Part shown: piece after piece, positions 35,782 to 49,587 of the stretch
Numbering within the stretch: the stretch's first letter is position 1
How the letters are laid out: each line of letters opens with the position of its first letter
Source: Heterodontus francisci
Lineage: Eukaryota
Assembly (NCBI RefSeq): GCF_036365525.1
Contig: NC_090378.1
Span: 32,946,372-33,010,371 of the forward strand
Direction: 5' to 3'
DNA: 64,000 bases
The notes under the pieces: generated by a model
What the model was told of the DNA's origin: nothing
The model's database searches: none
Seen by the model: only the letters and a program-made list of their open reading frames with translations
Translations under genes and position numbers: made by a program

Positions 35782-38003
35782 CTAGGACCACCTTTGGCAA
35801 ACGTGAGAAGCAGAATGCAGACTGGTTTCACTCTCACTTTGAAGAGCTGGAACCTGTCATAGCCGCTAAGTGCACTGCTCTGTTGAACTACAAGAAAGCC
35901 CCCAGCGAGTTAACATCCGTAGCACTTAAAGTAGCCAGAAGCGCTGCACAAAGAACAGACAGGCACTTTGCAAATGACTAATGGCAACACCTATGCAGTC
36001 GTATTCAGCTGGCCTCCGACACTGGAAACATCAAAGGAATGTATGATGGCATTAAGAGAGCTTTTGGGCCAACCATCAAGATCGCCCCCCTCAAGTCGAA
36101 ATCAGGGGACACAATCACTGACCAACGCAAGCAAATGGACCGCTGGGTGCAGCACTACCGAGAACTGTACTCCAGGAAAAATGTTGTCACGGATACCGCC
36201 CTCAATGCAGCCCAATCTCTGCCAGTCATGGATGAGCTGGACGAACAGCCAACAAAATCGGAACTCAGTGATGCCATTGATTCTCTAGCCAGTGGAAAAG
36301 CCCCTGGAAAGGACGGCATTACCCCTGAAATAATCAAGAGTGCCAAGCCTGCTGTACTTTCAGCACTCCATGAACTGCTTTGCCTGTGCTGGGATGAGGG
36401 AGCAGTATAACAGGACATGCGAAATGCCAATATCATCACCCTCTATAAGAACAAGGGTGACCGCGGTGACTGCAACAACTACCATGGAATCTCCCTGCTC
36501 AGCAATGTGGGGAAAGTCTTCGCTCATGTCGTTTTAAACAGACTCCAGAAGCTGGCTGAGCGTGTCTACCCCAAGGCACAGTGCGGCTTTCGAGCAGAGA
36601 GATCCACCATTGGCATGCTGTTCTCCCTTCGCCAGCTACAGGAGGAATGCCGCGAACAACAGATGCCCCTCTACGATGCTTTCATAGATCTCACCAAAGC
36701 CTTTGACCTCGTCAGCAGACGTGGTCTCTTCAGACTACTAGCAAAGATCGGATGTCCACTAAAGCTACTAAGTATCATCACCTCATTCCATGACAATATG
36801 AAAGGCACAATTCAGCATAGCGGTGCCTCATCAGACCCCTTTCCTATCCTGAGTGGCGTGAAACAGGTCTGTGTTCTTGCACCTACACTGTTTGGGATCT
36901 TCTTCTCCCTGCTGCTCTCACATGCGTTCAAGTCTTCAGAAGAAGGAATTTTCCTCCACACAAGATCAGATGGCAGGTTCTTCAATCTTCCCCGTCAGAG
37001 CGAAGACAAAAGTACGGTAGGTCCTCATCAGGGAACTCCTCTTTGCTGACGATGCTGCATTACCATCCCACACAGAAGAGTGTCTGCAGAGACTCATTGA
37101 CAGGATTGCGGCTGCCTGCAACGAATTTGGCCTAACCATCAGCCTCAAGAAAACGAAAATCATGGGACAGGACGTCAGAAATGCTCCATCCATCAATATC
37201 GGCGACCACGCTCTGGAAGTGGTTTAAGAGTTCACCTACCTAGGCTCAACTATCACCAGTAACCTGTCTCTCAATACAGAAATCAACAAGCGCATGGGAA
37301 AGGCGTCCGCTGCTATGTCCAGACTGGCCAAGAGAGTGTGGGAAAATGGCGCACTGGCACGGAACACAAAAGTCCAAGTATTTCAAGCCTGTTTCCTCAG
37401 TACCTTGCTCGGCAGCAAGGCCTGGACAATGTATATCAGCCAAGAGTGACTTCTCAACTCATTCCATCTTCACTGCCTCCGGAGAATCCTTGGCACAGGT
37501 GGCAGGACCAAATCTCTAACGCAGCCAGCATATACACCCTACTGAGCCAGTGGCGTTCGAGATGGCTTGGCCATGTGAGCCGCATGGAAGATGGCAGGAT
37601 CCCCAAGGACGCATTGTACAGCGAGCTGGTCACTGGTATCAGACCCACCAGCCGTCCATGTCTTCGCTTCAAAGACGTCTGTAAACGTGACATGAAGTCC
37701 TGTGACATTGAGCACAAGTCATGGGAGTCAGTTGCCAGAGGTGGTGGACAGCCATAAAGGCGGGGCTAAAGAGTGGTGAGTCGAAGAGACTTAGCAGTTG
37801 GCAGGAAAAAAGACAGAAGCGCAAGGAGAGAGCCAACTGTGTAACAGCCCTGACAACCAATTTTGTCTGCAGTGCCTGTGGAAGAGTCTGACACTCTAGA
37901 ATTGGCCTTTATAGCCACTCCAGGCGCTGTTTCAAAGACCACTGACCACCTCTAGGCGCTTACCCATTGTCTCTCGAGACAAGGAAGCAAAAGAAGAAGA
38001 AGG
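35782..38003 (+). mobile_element. RTE (BovB-like) LINE, 5'-truncated
   Basis: GKAPGKDGITPE, QCGFRAERST, FIDLTKAFD, LLFADD; tail ttgtctctcgagacaagg..(aag)n. Confidence 0.9.
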
Positions 38004-40339
38004 AGGACATCAAAGGTGGAAGTGAGGGTGCGGTTGAGCAAATCAGCAGAAATATTGTGGCGATCGGAAGGCCAAAGGCTAGACCGTTGAGATTTTGAAA
38101 GTACAGTTGTAGGTAAATTGGGGGATAATTTTTTCCAGGGACAGATGAAAAAGGAGGTAGATTTGGGGCGTGGAAGGGGAATATGGGTGGTGAGTGATAC
38201 AAGGAAATAATCAGAGATGGCCTTATCTGTAATAGATACAATGGGACTTGCAAGACCACGTGCGATGGCAAGCTCAAGGGGGTGGCTGTGAATATGGGTA
38301 GTTCTGTGATAGGGTGGAAGGCAGGAGTGATTAAATAACAAAAGGGATGATAGTACAAGACAAAAGGGCACATGGTAATGGGACCAGTGAAGAATCAAAA
38401 GATGAGTGTAGAGGAGCTATATATAGCACCAGCAGAACCCTTACCAGCACGTTGTGTCTGGGAAGGAAAAAGCAATGGTTATGATCAGAAGTTATAGAAA
38501 TCCGTTTCGAGTCTGGAAGGTTGTGAAGTGCCTAACTGATAGATGTGGTGCTGTTACTCAAGCTTCTGTTGAACTTCATTGGAACAGTGTAAGAGGCCTG
38601 AGACAGAGGGAGTGGGATGAGGAGTTAAAATGGCAAGTGACTAGAAATTCCAAGTCATGCTTGAGGACTGATCGGAAGTGTTCAACAAAGCGGTCAACCA
38701 ATCTGCGTTTGGCCTCCCCAGTGTAAAGAAGACTGCATCGTAAGCAGTGAATACTATATACTAAATTGAAAGAAGTAAAGCGACTTGTTGTTTCACATGG
38801 AAGGAATGTTTGGGGTCCTGGATGATGGGAAGGGAGGAGGTGAAAGAGCAGGTGTTGCATCGCCAGCACTTGTACCGGATGGTGAGAGTGGGTGATGGAA
38901 GAGTGGATTAGAGTGTCGCAAAATTCCCTTTGGAATGCTTAAAGGAGAAGGAAAGATGTGTTTGATGATGGCCTTGCACTCGAGATGGTGGTGGATGATC
39001 CGTTGAATGTGGAGGCTGGTGGTCTGGATGGTGCGGATAAGGGGAACATTTTTGTAGTTCAGGGAGGGAGGGGGAGATGCGAGGGCAGAAATGTGGGAAA
39101 TGGGATGGACGTCATCATGGGCCCTGTCAAACACAGTGAAGGAGAATCCTCAGTTGAGAAAGAAACACCTATTGGAAGCATTGGTGTGCAAGGGGTATTG
39201 TCAGAACAGATGTGACAGAGATGGAGGCACTGGGAGAATCGAATCAAGTCTGTCCAGGAAGCGGGTGGGAGATTGTGTAATCAAGGTAGCTGCGGGAGCC
39301 GGGTTGATGGTAGTAATTCATTGATAGCCTATCCCCAGAAATGGAGATTACGAAGTTGATAAAGGGAAGGGAAAAGATGAAGGTGAGAGAGGGGTGGAAT
39401 CAATACCAGAGCACAAGGCAGCTCTAGCACAGCTATTCTAATTTGTATCTCTTACTTTGGCTTTGTAGCTTAGTATTTCGCTTGCTTTATTAATCACTGC
39501 TGCAGAGTAACTGGGGATGTTAAACTACTGGCCCTAGATCATTTTCAGTTTCACACCCTGCTATTTCGCTATTCATGGAGTGATTATGCAATACTAAATT
39601 TCATTTTCCACTATCCTATCCGCTTAAATGTTTCATTTACATCCTTGACCAATACCTCAAATTTAACAAATTCGCATTGAGCTTCAAAGTTCAAGCTGTT
39701 CACATTAATTAGATGCACTAGAGACATAGGAACAGGAGTAGGCCATTCAGCCCCTCGAGTATGTTCTGCCATTCAATTAGATCATGGTTGGTTATCTTAA
39801 CTTCACCCACCTACCTTGGCTCCATATCTCTTTATTACCCTTGTCTTACAAAACTGTAGCAATCTATCTCAGATTTAAAAATTTAAAGTCCGAACACCAA
39901 TACCTGGACACTGTCCTGAATATCAGTTTCTAATCTGTATTTACACTGAAAACACAGGTGGGCACCAGTTGTCATAATTTAATCTTAACTGTAGTTAAAA
40001 TTCCATAACTTGCATAGCATCAGATTGTAGAAGAAATTATGGGGTTTTCCTTCATTTCTTGGGGAGAAATTGAAGACTATTGTGGATATGTATTGCCACT
40101 CTTTGATGCTAAATCTGAGTAGTTGTTTATAGTGTCACAGTGGGACACAGCTAGCTGTTGTCTTCTCCCACCCATCCACAAACCACTCCCCCCCCCACCC
40201 CCCAATGTTATAATTCATGATGGCACTCAAAACCTCCGTCCCACCCATTCAAACCCTCATTGTTCTCCCACTTCCTCGAAGTTTATGCTAATACTTCTCC
40301 TCCTCCTTTCTCCTCCCTCACCTCCACATTGGCACTCCT

Positions 40340-40775
40340 CATCAAGCGTCAGCTTGGCTTGGTGACAGCACACATTGATCTGAGCAGGTTGTTCTTGAAA
40401 CGCAATCCAGGACTTGATCACATAATCTAGGCTGACATTTCAGCTCAGTACTTATGGAAAGCTGCTTTTTTGAAGGCTCCATCTTTCAAATGAGACATTT
40501 AACCAAAGTTTGATCTGCCTTTTCTGGTATCTATAAGAGTCCATGGCACTATTTGAACAACTTGGGTAGTTCTGCCTGTGTCCTGGTCAACATTCATGTC
40601 CCAGCCATTACCATTAGATTTCTCTCATTTGGTGTTAATGGGAGCTTGCTGTGTGCAAATTGCCGCATTTGCCCACATAGCGATACTGACTGCTCTCAAA
40701 AGTTATTTATTGGTTGTGAGGTGCTTTGAGACATCCTGTGGCTCTGAAAGATACTTTATAAATGCAAGTTCTTCT
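40340..40775 (+). mobile_element. Old DeuSINE (SacSINE1-like) with L2-type tail
   Basis: Deu-like ccatctttcaaatgagacatttaacc...tgtcctggtcaacatt; tail ataaatgcaagtt. Confidence 0.65.
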
Positions 40776-42699
40776 CCTTTCCTCAGTTCTCTTCTCTTCT
40801 CTTCCCCCTCAATGCTGACACTCTTCCCTTCCCGCCATTCTTACTGTTCCTCCTCAACTCCCCCACTTCATGCTGGTACTAATCCTTACCATCCCATCTC
40901 TTCAGTCAGGTGTGATCAAGCTTAGCGTGCTTTTCTTTGTAGCTACAATGTCCAACAATAACTCTTGAAAGTTAATATGCAGCCCTGGAAAATGGCTGTT
41001 TGTAACTGCTCCTGACCAAACTTTACCTTTGAAAGTTAAATACTAACAGTTGCAGCTTGTGAGGCTGACAAAACACTTGAGTCTTCTAAGCATTTGAGAC
41101 ACCAGGGACAGTTTTATATTATTGTGCTATCAGTGTTGAAAGAGCCACGTGTCTTTTGTTGGCGGCACTTTTAACGTGAAAGTGCCTTACGTTTATTTGA
41201 GTAATGGATGTTTGTAATTCTCTTTGATTGATCTACAGATTTGGCCATTATTGGGATTTCATTGGTACATAGTTTAACCTTTTTTTAGTTGAAAATATTT
41301 TTAAAAAATTAAATTGTAACACTAAAAGACATGAAAAACTTTCCTCAATGTTAAAATGACTCAGCTGGTACTATAGTCATTCTTGAATGCTGCTGTTTGT
41401 GTGCAGCTGTATCCATAACCCTATTGGAAAATGCCTCAATATGCAGTTGACCGAAGTATCAGATTTTGCATGACACGTGATGATGGCACTTGTACATAAG
41501 AGAAAATAACCCTTCACATAGAAGTGTGATCTGCAGTTCAAGCTTGACCTGGTGGGAATTAGTCATATTACCAGTCAAATGTGCTGTGGTGCTTATTCTT
41601 TCTCTTTGTGTAGAATGTCTTTTGGTGCCCTCTTGTGGACAGAAAAAGAATCTGCTTTTTTTCACCAGACAATAGAAAACAATACCATAAAGTTCTAAAA
41701 ACAAACCAAATTTAATTTTTTTTTGTGTGGTGGAAGGGTGGGGGGGGGGGGGGGGGGGGTGAAAGCACTTTAACATTCCACAAGGCCAAGTAAGAAGTGT
41801 TTATTATGTCCAATTCTGAAGCACGACATTTACTTAACATTCTATGAACAGATTGATTTCATAGGCCAGTGTTTGGTATTCAGTTATTTAAAAACCTAAA
41901 ACAAGTATAGTCTAAAGCTATGAAAGTACAGACCAACAATGAAACATTGATCTGTTGTCAGCAAATAGGGTGCAACTTAGTCACCAAAACCTTGCCTCAA
42001 TGCCATGCATATCCGGTACTGAATTCTGTAGTAGTGTCACCCTAACACTTCGGAGGGGAACAGAACAAAGCATTACTGTTTTGACCCAAACACTTAGGCC
42101 GATGACTGCTTTGAGGTGTTGCTGTGCCCTAAGATGGCCTGAAGATCCTTTTGATCCTCAGAGCCGTAATATCAGTTTTTGTAGTGCTTTGGCACTTTCC
42201 TATTTGCATGTTGAAGGCTCAATGAATGAACATGTTGGATTACCTGCTGGAAGTTTGATCCTTCTCTTTTGTGAAAAGAAGTTCCACCTTCAAGTATGAC
42301 GTTTCATTTCAACACACTTGTTTTTCTTGTTGATGTAACTTGGAACTGTTCTGCTGTTTCTATGTTTTGTTGAGCTTGTTAGTTGAAATAGCTGCCTCTT
42401 CCACTTAAAAAAAAATAAAGACAGATTCAAATGAGCTACTGAGCAGATGAAGAGACTGCGCAAGAACAAAATATTTCAGTTGTAGTGTGTCCTCAGGTGG
42501 TTTTCTCCTCTGGTATAACAGCAATATTTTTGTCGTCCAAACATGTGGCAGCTGTAGCATTGGGAAGCTCTTGTTTTGCTGTCAAGAAGAGGTAGGAACA
42601 TTAGGAGCATGAGTAGGTCATTCAGTCCCTCAAGCCTGCTTTGCATTCCATTAGATCATGGCCGATCTGTACCTCTGTCCATTTATCTGCCTTTGGGAT

Positions 42700-44955
42700 T
42701 GGAAGGTGCCAGCCTTCACGCAGTCCACTCTTAAGTGAGAAACCACGGCTAATGCCATCATCCTGGCAACCGAACATCAATCAACGATCTCTCGGTCTTT
42801 GGAGCAACAAGTCAAGCCACCATAATAGCCCTCTTCAGGACCAAGCAAAAGAGCAGATAGGTCCTGGAACAAGTATTCTCCAACTCAATATGGAGGACTT
42901 TCCAGGGTGAAGTGAGAGAGAACATGTTAAAGATGCCATATCATCGATATCCTCACATTCCAAGAAACCCATGACTCCAATGACTAAAAAGCCAGCTGGT
43001 AGCGTGGATACAAGCTCACCATTAGCCACTACCATGCAAAGTATGACCTGGCCATATATGGAAAAACACCATTATGGATTTTGATGTCTCTGCTCCGCCC
43101 CCCCCCCCCCCTCAAACTGAAGAAGCCGCCAATACCATTGCCATCGGATAGAGGAGCTGCGCTGGTCTTTGATCTCAAATGGTGAGCAGCTTTCCACTCT
43201 GCTCTCTGACAATGCAACAACAACCCAGGCCTTGCCTCATTTCCAAAGATCAAAGCGGGAGCACACTTCATGCATCTCACACAATATTCTCGGATTGCCC
43301 CAAAAGCCAGCATAGGCTCATCACCCACATTGGCATTAAAATTTCCATGATTCTATCTAAATGAATCCCACGATGGAATCTGGCCAAAGCCGACTGGGAC
43401 TGCTATAGGGAAGCCGTCAAAAAAATGGAGATCCAAATCCCTGTTACACCTGGATGTTATCATTAATTCATTGGCCTCTTTACCGCTGGCTCCAAGAAAA
43501 TTATTCCCTCGGGCTTCCAGGAAGTATACACCCCCTGATGGACTAAAGATACCCAGGATCGGCTCTGGCAGTCCACAGATTATGACGGCCTGCTAGAGTT
43601 TCTAGACTCAGCTAGATGTCAGCAATGGATTGAGTGTGTTGAAGGTCTGCGCTCAAGTCACTGCACCTGTGCCATACTATGACGTCTTGAAGGTGCTAAT
43701 CTAATGGAATATCAGACATCAAAAGTCTGGCCAAACTCCACAAAAGGAACACTCTCAACAAAAACCCCAAGCGAGAGAGTGATCATCAGCTATACTGAAC
43801 AATTACCTCAATTTCTCCGCAGGCCCCACCGCTATCAACACAGACGAAGTGAAGGAGGTTTTAATCACAATGAAGAAAGGGAAGGTGGCCAAAGGAGATG
43901 GTATCCCCCTGGAATTTCTTCTCCAACTAAGGACTGCAATGGTTGGCAAACTGTACATCAGTGCCATGGAATGCATCCCAGAAGCATGGTGGGACGTACG
44001 TTTGCACATGTAGATGACCTTGGCTTGACAGCGTAAGCAGCCACCTTCAACAACATCAAGTCCACCTCGAATGGGCACTAACCACCATAGAGGAATATTT
44101 TTGAAAATGAAAGCTCAAACCAAACTCCCACAAAACAACAGTCACTGCATTCCATATTGATAACGAAAACACTAAGCGCACCCTGAAAGTGACCACCTGT
44201 GGCAAGACTGTGCAGCATGACCACACTCTGACCTATCTCAGAGTGAAGCTGGCTAGTCCGCTAACCTTCTGTGGCCACCTGAAGAAGGTAACTGCCAAGA
44301 TGAAGACGAGTCAACCTGGTCCGGAAACTGGCAAGCACAAACTGGGGAGCATCAGCATCAATACTTCCGACATAGTCAATGGCCCTTATATACTCTGTAA
44401 CTGAGTACCGTGCATGACCAGAAGTAGCCACACTCGACTAGTTGATGTCCAATTGAACACTGCAATGTGGCATATCAGTGGAACCCTCAAGTTGATCCCA
44501 GCACGCTGGCTGCCCGTGCTGTTGCACCTTGCTCCTGCATCCATTTTCTGCGATGCCGCAACTCTTGGGAACTGCCAGTGAACTGAGGAAAATTAATGTC
44601 TGCCCATCCACCAGTACCTCAACAACATCTCTCAACACCACTTGAAGTTGTACATGCCTTTGAATCACCAATGCAATTTCAACCCTGATGAAGCTTGGAA
44701 AGCTGAATTAAGTTCACAAGAAATTACAAACAAACACCTGGCTTTGATCTTCCATGAAGCTCGTGGACGACCCTAAACTGCATCTGCACAAACCATGCCT
44801 GATGCGGATACTTCATGTACAAATGGAAAATAAAAACTCTCCAGTGTGGAACTGTGGTCACCCAGAACAGACCATGATCTCAATGCCCGATTCACAAATA
44901 CGAAGGAGGCATCACAGCTCTGTTATTGCTGATGCAATTATCTGGCTTACCTGAT
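42700..44955 (+). mobile_element. Decayed Vingi/Ingi-type LINE
   Basis: QLNMEDF (APE start), RTFAHVDDLGL, TYLRVKL, KLASTNWGASAS, LVDVQLNTAM.ISGTLK. Confidence 0.65.
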
Positions 44956-45119
44956 GACACAAAGATCGGTAGGAAGGTAGGTTGTGAAGAGGATATAAGG
45001 AGGCTACAAAGGGATATAGATAGGTTAAGTGTGGACAAAGATCTGGCAAATGGAGTATATGTGGTGAAATTGTCCAGTTCCTTTACCTAACAAAAAATTA
45101 TCTATCTCAGTCTTGAAAG

Positions 45120-45727
45120 TTCTGCCTCCAAGAGCTGCCAGCTATTCAGTGGGCCAGCAGCTCTCAACCCCATCAGGGTCACTGGGAGCGGTGGCCATTG
45201 CTGGGACTGCACCCAGCTCCAGCAGCAAGAGGGACGCCATCCCGGAAACGAGCTAAGTTTCTGGGGCTTTGCTAGGGGCAGTCAGCTGGACCCCGGTGAG
45301 GCAAGGGAGGTTCAGTTGTGGGGTGGTGGTGGAGGGGGGCGGAGTTGGGGGGGACGTGTTGTGTAGTGGAGGTGGTTGGGCTGTAGGGGGCCCCTCCATG
45401 GGGCACAGGGTGCCCGATCAGGAGGTTGCCCCCCCCAGCCTGCAAGGAGGCTGCCAGCTTTTATTGGGCAGCCTCCTGTGCGACCTCAGCCGGCTGCAGC
45501 GGGAGGAGGCCCTTAAGTGGCAGTTAATGGGCCACTTAAGGGCCTTGATTGGCCTGGGGTGAGCGGGCAGCTTCTTGCTGCCCCTCATAAAATTGCAGCA
45601 GGGGCAGGAAAGAGTCGGGAATGGCCCCCCCACCCCCCCCCCCCCCCGCCTCCCACTAAATTTTATGATTCCCGCCCCCCCACCCACCACCAGCCTGCTC
45701 CTGTGTGGGGGCATAAAATTCTGGCCC
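45120..45727. mobile_element. Harbinger-type non-autonomous element, one end preserved
   Basis: Right end aaaattctggccc is the reverse complement (one mismatch) of the TIR gggccggaatttt at 56943; internal hairpin 45507-45545. Confidence 0.6.
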
Positions 45728-45989
45728 AGGCCTACTAGCAATTGCGACACATGCTTTGAGCTGAAGTTGTATTTCGAATTCACTTGTTTTATTCCTTATG
45801 CTATGTGCATTATATCAGATATATGGCTAACTTTAATGCTATTATCTGAACTTGAATTATTTTTATTTCATTTTGGGCTCTGACCTTTGCTGTCACCCTT
45901 TTTTTAAAATCATCTTTTGATTATCAGTTGTACCATTATTTCTCGCTGAACCATCATGCTGCATCCCCCACCCTCCCCTTTATAGCTTT

Positions 45990-46400
45990 AAGTCCTTTCT
46001 ATAGCCCTATTTATCCTTTAAGCTAGGACCTTGGTGCCAGCCCAGTTGAGATGCAGTCTGTAACAGAAGTACAGATTTTTCCTGTCCCAATTCTGGTTCT
46101 AGGTCACATGAAATTGAGCCCCTCTTTTTCACACCATTCATTAAACCATGCATTCACTTTTCTGATCTTTTTGTTTCCATGCCAATTAGCATATGACAGC
46201 TAATAATCCTGAGATTACTACCATTGAGGCTCTGCTTTTTAATTTAGCCTTTAGTAGGACCTCTTCCGTGTTTATTCCTGTCTTTGGTCCATGACAGCTG
46301 GTTCTTCACCTCGCTTTCCAGGTTCCATTCCAGTGGTTAGAGATATCTCTTAGCCTGGCACCAGGTAGGCAAAACACCCTTCGGGACTCCATTGTTTTCT
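45990..46400 (-). mobile_element. CR1 ORF1 esterase fragment
   Basis: SRRVFCLPGARLRDI on the minus strand. Confidence 0.6.
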
Positions 46401-47298
46401 GTAAAATGCTGCGCATCAGAAATAAAACAATTATGACTCCGATGTTTTGTAGAATTACACAGGATTTTTTTAAAATACCAACACGCCCGTTGCATGTTTG
46501 TGCAGGCACAGCAATTGAAATCAATAATATTTCATGTTACCATACAATATACCATAATGTTCGTGACACCAAAGTAATTATCAGTCAGACCTGTTCTGCT
46601 TGAGTGGCATAAAGTCCATTTGACTGATTAGCTTTTGCAGTCAAGGTACTGTTTATTCCAGCAACACCATGCACTGCTTCCTCTTAATAATACACAACGC
46701 AGCTGTAATGAGTGAACTTTAAGCGAATTGTGTAAATATGCACCGAGAGATTACTATGATAAGATATTTTCACACGCGATTAAAACATGATTTGTAGCTT
46801 GTGAAGATTAAATCTGTACTGTTTTCAGAAAGCAATAGGTTTGTGGGTAAAAACCTTTAACCTTTAATTGACTGCTGCAACATTAAAATTCATCAGATTG
46901 ACAAGTTTCAGAAAATTGAATATTTCTGCATTCAGGCTTGCAGCCATTTGGAATGTTGTAATTATGCATGCTATTTTGCAACATTTTATCAAAAAAGCCA
47001 ACGAGGCCTTCAGTGATATCTGATGAAAAGTAAAAGTACTTGGGGTTTGTCAGGGATGTAGCCACCCACTGAAAAATCAACATGAGAAGTCTTTGGAATG
47101 CAGAAAGTGGTTACTATATTGAAGTGGTGAATCCTAATAATATACTGATTGTCAGCAAGATCCACACAGTTCTGTGTGCATACCAATTCAGAAACATTGT
47201 TATCTTCAAAATTATCGCTGAAGCCGCAGCTGCTGTTGGTAGTAGCAGCACTGTGAAGTTAATACAGCATCACGGGCTTGACACTTCACGGCATGTAT

Positions 47299-48247
47299 TG
47301 TTATGATCAGGTGATAAAGGTGTCTAGGGGTCCCTTTCAGCCTTCACCTGGTCTTACTGTAACAGAATTTAATTTTGAACACACGGTGTTTTGAGCTCCC
47401 TCTTTGGTGAATCCTTGTTCACTGCTTTCCAATTTTAAGGCAAAGAAATGAGCACTAACAGGCTTTCTTAGGTTTAAAGAAGAAGAGTGAAATTTATTTA
47501 AACTTAAACTCTTAATACGGTTAGCGCCTACGGATACACACCACGCCCCACACTAGCATGCATACGTGATATGCACATGCAAATAGAGACAGAAAAGAGC
47601 AGAAGAAAAATAAAGTGGAGAGGTTTGAGGCAATATCTGAAGAGTTTCTTGTTACTGTGCTTCAAGCTCACTGTAGTCCTTGCTTGTAGGTAGATCTTAC
47701 TTTTCGTTGGGCCCAGTATTCTTCTTAAACCTTGTTCACTGTAGGAGACTGTTTCTCTTGGGGGTTATATGTCTTCAGTGAGTTTCAGTTCCGTGAGAAA
47801 GAGATGGAAGCAGACAGGAGAGGTTGCGGCGAGCCAGCCACGAGAGGTCTTTCAGTACAAGAGAAAACAGCTTTCCGCCAGTTCAAAACTCTGTGGCAAG
47901 TTCAAATTCAAAAAAGCTCAGGTGGCCCAGCAAGTCAGTCATGTGACTAGCTGGTGTGATCACGTCCGTTTGTGTATTCGGCCATCTTAGCAGTTAACTT
48001 GGAATGCGAGCTCCTCCACCTTCAACATCTGGTAATCAAAAGTCCATTGTGGATTAAATTGGAGCAGGGAGTAGCCCCTTTGTCTTTTCCCAGTACTGTC
48101 TGTTAATATGCAAAAATGTCTCTCCAGCCAAGGATCCATTGCGGGTTTTTTAACCAGTTCTTTCTTCACTCAGTAACAGTTTAAAATTAATGTTCACGTG
48201 GCAAAATTAATATTCCTCATTCTTTGCAGGTGGGGGCCTGCATGAGC
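47299..48247 (-). mobile_element. Solo LTR
   Basis: tgttatgatc...catgagc; TSD gtat (47295-47298 / 48248-48251); both ends reverse-complement LTR 60295-61181. Confidence 0.85.
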
Positions 48248-49288
48248 GTATGCTGAAAATAATTTGAGGTGGAGCCTGTGCCGACTATATCAGTTCACGC
48301 CTTTGAGCAATCACTTTCAATACTCAGTTGCTGTTTTTATCAGCTTCTCTATGTAAATCTGAATGTGAAGGCTCTAGTTAAGGTTGTGTATAAAGCAACC
48401 CATGGCAAGCATTGCAAGCAATCAGATTTCTGTAAATCTAACCTATTTTGCATCATCATGTACAGCCACTGTAATGACAAGTAGGAACGATCCTTTGCAC
48501 ACATGCTTAATTTTGTTCTGATTGTACTTTGGCAAGAAATGTTCTCAGTTTAACAGCATTGTATGGTATATGGATAGTAATGGAATGTCTGATTTGAATT
48601 GAGACTGCACATATGGTGATGGTTGCTTTTGATTTTGTTGAGGCTAAATTCCAAAGCTTTAATGTGAAATATTTGGTTTAAGCTCATGTTTGTGTTATGA
48701 ACACTGGAATTTGTAACATGATTATGTTTTAAAAACGGCAATTTTTGAAAAGTTTAAGGTGGAGTTAGAGAAGTCAGGTAACCTCTCATCCACTCTGTTT
48801 CAAGGAAAAACAGGAATTTTGGTTATCAGGATACAAAGATCCAAAGATTTTTGAAAGAAACCGAGACTGCAGGGGTATAGTACCTGAAGAAAGTTGGGTC
48901 TCACCCTCCCAGACCTTCGGGTCGTAACCAAGGAGTCAGTGATTCTGAGGATACAGATGTGCATGGCAGCTGCTAACACCTGGAAACAATGAAAGGCTTG
49001 GGTGGTGCTGCTGAAACCAGACTTGTGGACTTTGCATATTGGAAAAGGACAGTGGGGCTATTGACTTTTGATTCCAGATAAATTTAAGTCTGAGTTTGCT
49101 GACAATGCAGCCACTAAGAGGCACTGTACTAGCACATGCGCAAATGCAGCCTGTTCCACTAAAACGTCACAGGCTGTGACGTTCAGGCAGCTGCCAGGAC
49201 CAAAGATGGCACTAAAGATGCAACAAATCCATGGCAGTACACAATGGAAATATTGGTCACTCGGAGAACGTAGAAAGTCTCATCATTG

Positions 49289-49587
49289 GGCGGCGCAGTG
49301 GTTAGCACCGCAGCCTCACAGCTCCAGGGACCCGGGTTCAATTCTGGGTACTGCCTGTGCGGAGTTTGCAAGTTCTCCCTGTGACCGCGTGGGTTTTCGC
49401 CGGGTGCTCCGGTTTCCTCCCACCGCCAAAGACTTGTAGGTGATAGGTAAATTGGCCATTGTAAATTGCCCCTAGTATAGGTATGGGATTACTGTAGGGT
49501 TAGTATAAATGGGTGGTTCTTGGTCGGCACAGACTCGGTGGGCCGAAGGGCCATGTTTCAGTGCTGTATCTCTAAATAAATAAAAAA
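49289..49587 (+). mobile_element. HE1-like V-SINE
   Basis: Head, V-domain, tail, (taaa)n. Confidence 0.9.

Larger units (their letters stand above)
32555..38298 (-). mobile_element. L2 LINE interrupted by copy B and an RTE
   Basis: CSLDPIPT, FKSAIISP, CLSDIQYWMNRNFLQLNIGKTE; tail reverse complement aacaactacttatatttatatagtgcc. Confidence 0.8.
32341..39400 (-). mobile_element. Penelope-like element split by a nested L2
   Basis: pLTR at 32341-32550; resumes ~38300; GIY-YIG FNLVYSIHCLRCSLLYTGEAKRRLVDRFVEH at 38576-38869. Confidence 0.8.
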
